DNA of 64,000 bases from Antedon mediterranea. Taxonomy: Eukaryota; Animalia; Echinodermata. Shown in pieces: positions 12,001 through 24,000 of the stretch. Numbering within the stretch: the first letter of the stretch is position 1; each line of letters opens with the position of its first letter. A model generated the notes under the pieces. It had not been told where the DNA came from and searched no databases. It saw only the letters and a program-made list of their open reading frames with translations. The DNA is taken from assembly GCF_964355755.1 (NCBI RefSeq), contig NC_092674.1:9858001-9922000 (forward strand). Reading direction: 5' to 3'. The position numbers and the translations under genes were made by a program.

Positions 12001-15000
12001 CTTTGCTATACAGTAGATCATTGTCTACAATTTATTTTTATTTTTTAGAATATTAATATTGAAGTTACATTTTATCTTAAATAGCTGTGCCTTATTATTA
12101 ATAATAATATTTAAATCTGTTATTAATATAGCTCCTTGAAATATTCCGTAGTTTAATATTAATTTATGGAGTAGGATCTCTCTTTCATAAATACAGGAAG
12201 CAGCAAAATATTATTATTAAAACAAGAACTACTATACAGTCTTAGCTCATATTGTAATCTCTTTATTAAAGAAGATACAATGAGATTTCATTTAAAAAAA
12301 TCTATTTTCTATATTTTTTTTATTATAAATTATTTGCTTATCATTTCTAGAATGTACAAATTATTGTGGTGTCTTTAATTGCAGGGAATAATTTTGCCAG
12401 TGTACAAAAGCATAGCAAAAAGCTATTGCAAACTACCTTCTGGTTGCTTGGTATTAATGGTAAACATTTTTTTAGAAATGGTATCAAAAATACAATTAAA
12501 AAACTATGTTTATACTACACTAGACTAAAAATTCAACAATATTGCTAAAAAAAAATTGTAAATGAACTTCTTCCTTGCATTGTGGTTAATCTTAAATGAG
12601 TATTGTGTACAGTAATAAAAGTTGCCTCAACCTATTGTTTGTAGTGAGCAATAGACAACCTTGGTATTGAACAATACGGTAGCTTATATTGGGTTTAGTA
12701 TGGGCTGGGTTTTGTTACAAAAACATAATTATTGCGTAGAAATTTTTTTTAGTAGGGCCTACTATACTGTATGTGTTTTCCTGTGTGTCCGTTTTCTTTA
12801 TTGAATAATAACTTTATGATTGTAGCATCAGCTACAGTATAGCTAATATAAGTCCAAATATTGAATGTCTGTCGTGTACAATTTTTTTGGTTGTAAATCT
12901 GGTTAAACAGTACTGTAGTGTTGTTTAGACTGCTCTACAGGTAGGAACATTTTTGAGCAGTTGTTGCAGATTTTTGCCTCATTTCATTACGGAATACAAT
13001 GTATATATAGTACAGTATAACCCATCTTTTAGGATACCCCTTATTCAGGGTACACCCGTATTAAGCACTATTAAGGGGGCACTATCCTGTGAAACAAAGG
13101 GCAAGATAGGTTTTTAACACTATAGTAAACCCCTATTCAGGGGACACTCTTCATTATTAAAGGTACACACTTCATTGGTGTCCCCTTAGGGTTGAAATTG
13201 TATTTTTTATTTGTTACAGGTATCACATCCACTTGTCAGTGATCAGCTGGTGCAGTTTTTCCACGATGGGTTCCTGGTCCCTGTGATTGGACCAGCACTA
13301 CATCAGGTAGGTTTACACTAATGTACACTAGCTACTGTACAGGGAATGGCCTTTGGGGATTTTCCATTGCATGAATTGGGTCTTATGGATTTTGGCACTC
13401 TTTTACATTGTATTTTTTTTTTTTTAGTTGCTTTTTAGAATGTAGTGATAACACTGATGATATTAATGTAATTTTGTCTTCAACTCATTTTCATACAGGT
13501 TATAAAAAAGAAACTTTTCAATATTTTGTTGATGTTTGAATTCCTTTCAACAGGTCTATTTATTGATTTAATTTACCATATTTCAAGATGGTGACCCAGC
13601 CACTGTTAACTGATTTTATTGGGCCCTCAATAAGACAAGACAACAAACAAAAAACAATAATAGATAACATATAAATAATAATATTTCTTAAAGTTTTAAA
13701 ATTCATAAAATTATTAGAATTTCTGATAAAAAAGGCATCAATGCCCTTTATTGTTTCTCTGTAGTACTATACTATTAGTAACATACAGTAGATCTTGGTC
13801 AAGTATAACCTTGTCAATGTTGACAACCATGCTAATACAGTAAAACACATACTGTAGTAGTTAAGTATTCCTTGATCATATTTACAATTCCCCACAGAGG
13901 CATAATAACTGTACAGATTTTGCTTAGCATTACTAAACATCAACATTAACAGTCCTTGTTTTTTTTATATGTTATGTTAATAATAAAATTCAAATAATAT
14001 TCAGAAAATGTTTCGTATAATATTATCTTTATTCAAAACCCACAATGCATCCTACTGTACATTTTTCACTCAAATTCTATCACTGTCAATTTCTTGACTT
14101 GACATAAATACCTGGATAAATTGACACAGCCTCACACGGTCACCTTTAATGTTTGTTTGTTCGTGTACAATATAAAACACAGTCTAATTGATTCCAAATT
14201 TTTTGTTCCAGATATTTTACATTTTCTTTTTTTTTTCTGAGAAAAATGTAATTACTAAAATTATAAGGCTACTAATATTATTGTATGTATAAATTACTGT
14301 ACTGTAGTTTAAGAATGTTATAATCACAAAGTATGTTCAGTATTGTACTACAGTTTTCACAAAATCCCAGAAGAAACAGTTTTGTCAATTTATGCTTTTA
14401 ATGTTTTCAATGTACAAAGCTATCGTATGCTACCACTTTTTTATGTTCTTTTTATTTTCCTCTGCAGAATGTGTGTTCCTCACTGTATAATTTAAACACA
14501 ATTGCTTTTTTTTGTTTCAGCATAAAAATGTGTTCATCTTAAAATGCAGTGATTTTATTATAAATATTACCGTACATTTTAATTTTTTTTCCCCAGCACA
14601 TAAACACAATGCTGATGCACTTAATGTCACTACAAATAGTTTGTCTGCAAAATTGTCCTAAAATATGTTTTATTTGAATTGAATTTGTGATGGAAAACCA
14701 TGGCAACAGTAACTGAATCCGATTCTCTGTCAAGTATTTAAATCCAGATTAAACTATTCAATAACCACATTGACAGGATGTGCTTAAGTTTTTTATGTAT
14801 TTATTTTTAATGGACTTTTATCCACTCTTTACCATTTTTAAAATTTTATCCCAAAAAATAAATTTAAAAAATTTGTTTATTTAAAAAAAAATGTTTTCAG
14901 TTTATATAGAAAATGGTAATACTTCCAGCCAGCTGAACCTTCAGGCCAGCTATTGATAACATCCAGGGGCCGTCTTTAAAATAACAAAATATGAAACTAT

Positions 15001-18000
15001 ACATACTATAGTACTAGTATAGTATTAGTATAGTATACATAAAATACAATATAAAATGCATATGCTGTAAATAAATTAAGGTCAATTTGGTTTTTTTTTT
15101 TTAATATATGATTGGAATTATGTGACATAATTATAGTTTTATTATTTAATCTCCAATCTAGTTAAAGTATTTTTTTATCTGGATAAACATTCATAAATTT
15201 TCGAACATTATACCATCCCAAATTCTGACTTGCATACATTAATCATATTTTTTCAATTTTAAATGTACAGTAGTTTATTTAAAAAATAAAGTTTTATTCC
15301 AATTTATTTTTCTGACCCTTTTCTTAATTGTATGTTGTGATATCCTTGCTAAGGCCAGACTATCATAACCAATTATCCTTCATTACAGTATATTATCATA
15401 ATATCCTAATTTATCCATTTTTACATTGTCAGTAATGCATTACAAAGTACTATAGTATAAGTCATTTGTAGCCTACTGTACCTTATTGCTAATACTTCAA
15501 TTCATGCCACTACTATAGTACTTATAAGTACAGTATAGTCATTTTCAAATCACTGATACATCTCTAACCATTAGTTGCAAAACGATTTTGTTGCATCAAC
15601 CGTGACAGTAATGAGCTATTATCATTATACCTTATTTTTTTTTATTGGAAGCTAACTCATTACAGTCTTAAATTATGTTCACCCGAAACTAGAATTGATT
15701 CGGTTGAAAATTCTAAACTGTGTTATATTTTTCGATCATACACATGTACATTTTGTACAGAGACGCACCTATGTTAACAGTTCCTATTCTAAAACACTAC
15801 ACCTATTTTTGTGTACTGAGAGAGACATCAATGAATAACGAGAAGTGAGAATAAGATTAAATCATGTACCAGTACTGTACTCATTTCATATTACATGTTA
15901 AAAATTATGTATTAAATTATGTGTTCAATTATTTTAAATTCCAGCATTGTCCCTTCCATCATTTCATCTTCCTACTTTTTTTCATTCCAGGTTAATTCCG
16001 ATCATATAACCATAATTAAACAAATGTTCAAATTTTTAAAAATAAGTAAAAGTATGTTTCAATCATTCCAGATGCCATAAAACCTTTCCACTTGGCATAA
16101 ATATAATTTCACTTTCTTTCATTTCATCTTCCCACTTTCTTCATTCCGTAATTTTCCAGGTAATTCCAATCATGTCACCATAATTAAACAAATGTTCATA
16201 TTTTTAAATAAGTAAAATTATATTTCAATCATTCCAGATGCCATAAAACCTTTCCACTTGGCATAAATATAATTTCACCTTCTTTCATTTCATCTTCCCA
16301 CTTTCTTCATTCCGTAATTTTCCAGGTAATTCCAATCATGTCACCATAATTAAACAAATGTTCATATTTTTAAATAAGTAAAATTATATTTCAATCGTTC
16401 CAGATGCCATAAAACCTTTCCACTTGGCATAAATATAATTTCACCTTCTGTCATTTCATCTTCCCACTTTTTTCATTTCGTAATTTTCCAGGTAATTCCG
16501 ATCATGTCACCATAATTAAACAAATGTTCATATTTTTAAATAAGTAAAATTATATTTCAATCGTTCCAGATGCCATAAAACCTTTCCACTTGGCATAAAT
16601 ATAGTTTCACCTTCTGTCATTTCATCTTCCCACTTTCTTCATTCCGTAATTTTCCAGGTAATTCCGATCATGTCACCATAATTAATTAAATAATTAATAA
16701 TTAAACAAATTTTAAAAAATGAGTACAATTATAATTCAATCATTCCAGATGCCATAAACCTTTCCACATGGCATAATTTTCCTTTCCGTCATTTCATCTT
16801 CCCACTTTCTTCATTCCATAGTTTTCCAGAGGTAATGTTGATCCTGCAGACTCTGACAACGTGGTAGGTCTTGTGTTTGTTTCACATTTTTTGCACGGCA
16901 TTCATGTTGGTATATGTTGGTGGTTTTGGGTTTTTTTTATTTGTCAATGTTTTCTTTTGTTATCTAACCTTGCTACACTTTGTTTTCAAATAGCAATGTC
17001 ATGATTACAAACAAAATAGTAAGAAGTACAATACAAAAATAAAATTCAACAAGCTTTTAAATTTGTCAAATTGGCACCCAAGGACATGAAAGCATTGCCT
17101 TTGACATCAAAAATGTTTTTCTCAAAATATGGAAATAATTGACAGTCATGAAATAGGTCTATTTATATTATAATATTACTTTTGAAGTTATTGTTTGTAC
17201 AACACAATCATGACATTGGTATTTTCAATACCTTATTTTTAGCATAGTTTTGCATGTGTTCTTCATATTTTAATGTATGCTATTTATGGCGCTCTTTTTG
17301 TAATAGAAAAAAAGGTATAAAAAGTCAAAGTTATTCTACTGCAATTACTGCAGGAACTAAATTGTTCTTACTGCAACAATAGCATATGATTTTAGCTTGT
17401 TGTAAAGTGAGGTAGTCACTGCAATGAATATTGTGTCTCAGTCTGATTACCCAAAAATACTTACAAATAGAGTTTAAACAAAATGTAGTTAGTTACAGTA
17501 CTGCGGTAACTGTACTGTAACAATTTAAACACGGTCCCTAAGTACTTTTTTTTAAAGCATAATCTAAGTACCTAAATATATCTACTGTAAAGCTACTGTA
17601 TATTGTATTCACTTTTTATACTGATTATTATAATATGATAACAGTATAATCCCAATTCTAATTTACTTTTATATTATATGAAATAGTTTCCTAAATTACA
17701 ATATCTATATAATAAGGTTTTATGTCATTATTCCTTGATTAAAGTTTTTATTTGATATTTCATACATTTCCAACAATTATTATATAATACTTTTTATTAT
17801 TGATTGAAATATATATTTATACTGGGTTACCTCTTCAGTCGAAGAGTGGTCTCCCAGAGGGCCCAGTTATGATCACTGGCTGTGATGTACTAATACACCG
17901 GGGTGACCCCCTACTCGTCTCGAAAGATGTACTAGGTTTTTTAAAGTGCACACGAGCTAGATGTGTACACTGGACCTACGGTTTGTAGTCCTTATCCGAG

Positions 18001-21000
18001 AAGACTCGTTCTACCACCAGAACCATGGAGTGAGTGAGCCTTGAACCCTGCCGATGTTATGGCTACTTAATTACGGTTCCACTGTCTTAACCGCTCGGCC
18101 ACTCACTCACATTAATTATTTTATTAATAATATAATCCTAATAAAGTGGATTAACAACTTTCGACAACTGTTATTATTTACTAATAATATTATTTATTTT
18201 CTTATCAACAAACTTCTAATTCTATCACATTTTATTTATAATTTTGTTTACTTTGTCTTTTTATTTATTTTATTGTATTGGAAAATAACACTGCCATTAA
18301 CAAGATTTATTTTTACAATGTTACTTTTAAACTACAGTGCACTATAGTAGTTTATAAACATATGATAATAATATACATAATAAATATGATATTGTATGTA
18401 TTTTTCATAAACTATTTATCACTGTATTAAATATTACACATACAAACTAACAAATAATTTTAATAATAATTATTATTTTATTAATACCTATTCATGATTC
18501 TATTATATTTTATCAAATTCACATTCACTAATTTTAATATATAATAATCACTTTTATTTAAAAAATAGTTGTTTAAATTACTAATTCTCGTAATCTTAAA
18601 GATGTATTGTCCCCCAAAAACATAAAAAATTAAGATTAATTAAATCAGACTTTGAATACCTTATTTTGTAGTTAATATAAAGTTAATCACTTCCGTAGAA
18701 AAAAAAACGGAAAAAAAACTAGTAAAATGACAAAATAAATGGTTAAATTCAACCAAAAATCCATTGGCTGGCAGCCAATTTGACCATTTTTTGCTTTAAA
18801 TTACTTTTTTTCAGGTAAATACACTTTTTTAGACCCAATTTTTGGTCAAATTGGATAACTGTTACGTTAATAAAATGGAATATTCAACAAATTTTTTTTT
18901 TAAGAATTATTTTTTCAGGGGGACAATACATCTTTAAATATAATATTAATTGTTTTGTATACAGTTATGAGACATTCAATATTTAATATTATATAACACC
19001 TATATAAATTCCTGTCATTTGATTGGACGAATGTGGGTCACATGGCGTGCAATAGTACGCACTATTCAACGATCGTTAAATAGTACTTTTTGAAACATTT
19101 TTGTGTACGAAAAAAAAACGTCTAGATGTTATATAAAACAAATAATGAATGTTTTGTATTCGTGTAATGGTACAAATAATGGCACTTGGTGAATGATGAA
19201 AGGTTATATCAACTCGGCTTTGCCTCGTTGATATAACCTTTCATCATTCACCTCGTGCCATTATTTGTACCATTGCACTCATAAACATTCATTATTTGTA
19301 TAATATCCTTTATATTATATTCTAAAAAGAAATCCTTACTTACTAAACCTATAAATAGTAATTATAATTTTGTTTAAAACTATTTTATTAATAATTATTC
19401 ATTACTTTGTTTACTAATTACAATAGATTAAGCACTTCATGCAATCCACAGCTGCTAACATTATTGTTACTGTACAAGAGAGAAAAAAACTATTGTCATA
19501 ACCACACGGCAACCACTATTCCCTGATTATATACTAACTCGCTCTGCATTGCATTTTACGCTATTAATTCACAACAATATGATAATACTCCTTGGATATT
19601 CATCAAATCACTCATGCATATTAATAAGTCTTGTGATGTATTAATAATAATAGTGGAATTTGTACCAACACAAAAAAATTTTTGTTATCTCTGTACAGCG
19701 GGTTTTATGTGTTACAGTATCTAATTTGCATAAATATATTAAATAGAGATATTTATAGTTCACTATGTAAACCAATTCATGTCTATATTAATACACAACA
19801 GGTCAATTTAAATAATATTCTGAATACTGTTTGAACATACAGTATATTTATACATATCTATAGTGTTTAAATGCCAATAGAAAGACAATAAAAATAATAA
19901 ATAAAGTCAATAAATTATTTTACATTAAAAATTAAGAATAAAATGTCTATTTTTTTTTCTTTTAAACCTTTTTAAACTGAAACAATATTTGGATATTTGT
20001 TTTTATCGCTAATAATTTATTCTTTTTTTTCTAAAGAATAATGAAAATATTTCAAGATTGTGCAATGTGAAATTCCGTTGAAAAAAAAAAACAGACAGAA
20101 AATATGTATCTGTACAATAGCCATTGGCAAAATATTAATACCCACTTTACTTTAAATATAGGTCTAAGGCATGCATGTGACATAATAACATGATCATATG
20201 ATATCGTTATTAATATTTGAAACTCCTAAGGGCATAATTCCCAAGTTAAGGTGAAAGGTTTGAAATTATAATAGTCTAAAAGAAATGTTTTATTTCTTTT
20301 GAAATGTATCTTTTGATCTTTAATTTTTTTAAATCTACAGATTTGATCTTGAAAAAATTTCATTTAGCTTCGATTTTGTATAGATGACAAATTTCGTTTT
20401 TGTAAAAGCCTTAAAATTTACTCAAAGTGTGATTTTCTTGATCTGACTGGTCGTAGTCTCTGTGTTATATCAACGGAAAGGGAAAATCCCAGATTCATAG
20501 ATTTCAATAGCGGAGCTTCCAATTTGTGAGGACTGATGACCAACCTCGGTTAGGTCAATCGATGTGACATCGGTCGTCGCCTGTGTCACAGTCAAAAGTG
20601 ACGGGTCTTCAAAGTTATACGAAAAGGGTAATTTGCATAGAACTATTCAGGTGTATTACCGTATATAAGATTCGCTGAGGAATGTACTAAGTACACCTCA
20701 CATCAACCTTATAGAGAAGGGAGGTGTCACACCTCAGCAATAATACAGATTGACCTATTTACCTTCAATCTAGGCGTGACAGCCTGGACCTAGAAACCAG
20801 AAACCTGTGTCTAGTTGAGGAGCAAGGTTACAGTACGTGTCATAATATTGTTACATGATGGAGTTTAGTCGTTGCAAAGCTCCCTATTATTGAAAATATT
20901 TGTTAACACTAATTTATATGATGCTATAATATTTTTAAATTCTTCTTTTTGTTCTGTTGTAGTAAGACAAATATCCACTTCTACCTAGATAGATAGGGCC

Positions 21001-24000
21001 TTAAAATAAAAAAATAAAAATTGTAATTAAATTAAATGCTTTCTTTGGATTAATACATTTTGTGTCATTAATATTTTCTAATAAAGAAGATGCGAGTAAA
21101 AAACCTTTTATAATGCTCCATCCTTTTACGTTACCAGTAATAGTCTTTATTTTTTTACAGTATCTTATTCTTTATATATTAATTGATTTATTTTTAGATC
21201 AATTGTTTTCAATTGGTATGTATTTACCTATGTCAGCTAGATTAGGCAATCAATAATATTGAGTGACATTCATTTAGAAATAATATAACAGTATTTAAGT
21301 AATAATTATAAGTAATATTTAAACTGATAGCTAGAATGTACTACTGCAGTTACTGAAGTAAATATATTTGTTTACTCTTTAACCTGTTTATGCAATACTG
21401 TATTTAGCAAGCTTTTTTTAGTATACAGTGCTGTTTACTGCAGTGACTGCCTTTATAAGCCTATACATTGAAACAAAGTAAAACTATACGTTTAATATTA
21501 TGAAGTAAAGGTCACTTCAAAATGTTTTTATTTTGTATATATTTGTAATGTAAAGGATCATTTCAAAATTCAATATTCTACTGCAGTAACTACATTTTTA
21601 CTGCAGTAAAATAATTTTGACATGATCCTTTACATTACAAATTATATACAAATAAATAAATTATGATGTGACCTTTACATCATAATATTAAACCATAATC
21701 GACTGAACTGGCTTCTATCTAGTAATCAAAGTGATGTCTTCTTGGGGAAAGGAAGGAATATGTGTTAATACAGTAAAATACCAATTTTCAAAATGTAGAA
21801 AATCAACTCAAATTTAAATTCTCAGTTCTTAAATTCTCCTTAAATCTAAATTCCACAAATTGTAATGCAAAAGATGGGACATCAAATTAAATTCAGCACT
21901 TTATTTAAATACTTTAAGACCCTGGTAGCGATAACCCTCCCCTATTTCAAAATCCTGGATCTTCCACTGCTTTACTTTTACAAATTTCTTTTTCTAGTTT
22001 AGTAATAGCAATTCAAATTCAGAGTACTTAATTTGATCATCCTCCATGATTTGATTAAAAGAAATAGAAATATTTACTTGTTTAAATCAAAATATTTTAT
22101 TTTAAAAGGTTTTGTAAGGTGAAAATTATAAACAATCTTATCAAGGGAATTAAATGGCGAGACATACAATTAATGCTAAACATTATAAATGATGTCATTG
22201 TTAATGATGGTTTCTTTCATTGGCAGTCGTTTGTTTACCTTTATTATAGATTTCTAAATATAGTTTCTATTAAAGTTATATATATGTAAAAACTTTAATT
22301 CAAATTAAATTTCAAATTAAAAAAATAGTACAATTGGGTTTTTGGTTAAATATTCAATCAATTTTATATTTTCGTGTTTTTGGGGACAATACATCTTTAA
22401 TTAATCACTAATTAATAAGTATTATTTTTTTTTTTCAACCACATCCAACAATAAAACATCCCCAATTATAGGATGCCTAATTAATTAATTGCCTCATATA
22501 GTTTTCACATTTTTTATGGCCATTTCTTCTTAAATTTTTATCTTGTACATTTCAAGCTTAATTTAGTGTATTGTAGAGTTTTGTAGACAAATCACATTGT
22601 CATCATTTTTAAAGAATTAAATTTTTTTAATAGTTCATCTTTTTACACCCCCTTTTTTCAAACCTTGAGAATGTGAGTTAGATAAAGCACTATGGCTAGT
22701 TGCCACTGAGGCTGGGAATGGTATACAGTATTACTGTTCCTTGTGAAAAGTGCTCACTAAATTGAAAACATCTATTTTACTTTTATCAATTATTATAAAT
22801 TTCACCATTGTTTACCTCCGCCAATGAGGTATATGTGTGTTTGTTTGTTTGTTTGTTAGCAGGATTACTCAAAAGGTAATTACAAGATCTTTACCAAAAT
22901 GAAGATACATATAGATATGTGGTCAATGACCATTCCGTCCAATTTTGGGACCATGGTCCTAATTCTGGACCACTTTTTGAGTATACTTTTCAGACCTGCT
23001 AGTGTTAAAAGATAGGACAGAATTTTTCAAAAGCCGGCGAGCAGTCTTAAAGTAGCAAGTAAACTGAAATTGCATTTTCTCGAGAACTACTTGTCTGAAA
23101 AACTTCATTTTTGTACAAGAGGCAAGAGTTATAATTTGTGATTTGTAATTTTAAAACATAATTTGATTTAATGTCCACTTTTTTTGATGCGAGTAGTTTA
23201 AAAAACCTATTTCTTTTCAAATTCACTCGTTTGATTTTCGCGTTGCTGTTGCTATTGTTAGTCAATTAAAGCTATTGTTAATTGAAAGGCTTGTTACATA
23301 ACCATTACACCAAACTCGCATACACATGCTTGTAGTGAAATTAGCATAAATCACAAACAGTATTAAGACACACACAAATATATATATATATTTTTTTTTT
23401 ACCGGAGAAATCTTATGTAGGAGAATTTTACAGTAGGCGGAAGTATGCACTTTCGGAGTGGCTTTCTAGTTTCATTTGTATTTATTATAGAATAATTTTT
23501 TTAAGTAATTTAATTTAAAAAGTTAGTTAATTAGTGCACCCACCGTAACATTTGCTAACCCTTTATTATAGTAATAGTAATTCAATTTAAAAGATTTATT
23601 TTCGTCCAAAAGAAAATCGTAATGACAGATTGACATTTTTGGGAGAAAAAGTTTAGACAAAGGCAGAATCCCAAGATGAAAATCTTGTGGCAGGATTGCC
23701 TTGAAAAGTTAATAATTATATATATAAAAATTAAAAAAACAATAAAGAAATTAAAAAATACAGATTATACCAGTTGATAAAAGTTGAAAAATTGTTTGTC
23801 TGTCTACTAAACAAAAGAAGATGATCTTGTTTGAGAAATTAGTAAAGAAATTGCTCAGTAACAAAACAGCAATTTTTAAATGTTTGATCTGAATCGTAAG
23901 TCAAAAAGTGTCTCTGGCCGCTTGTGAGGTGAAAAATGCACTGTGTAGAGGAAGAACAAAAAGTTGGTCGCTTAAATACTGTAAGCTGTGCCTGCACCAG

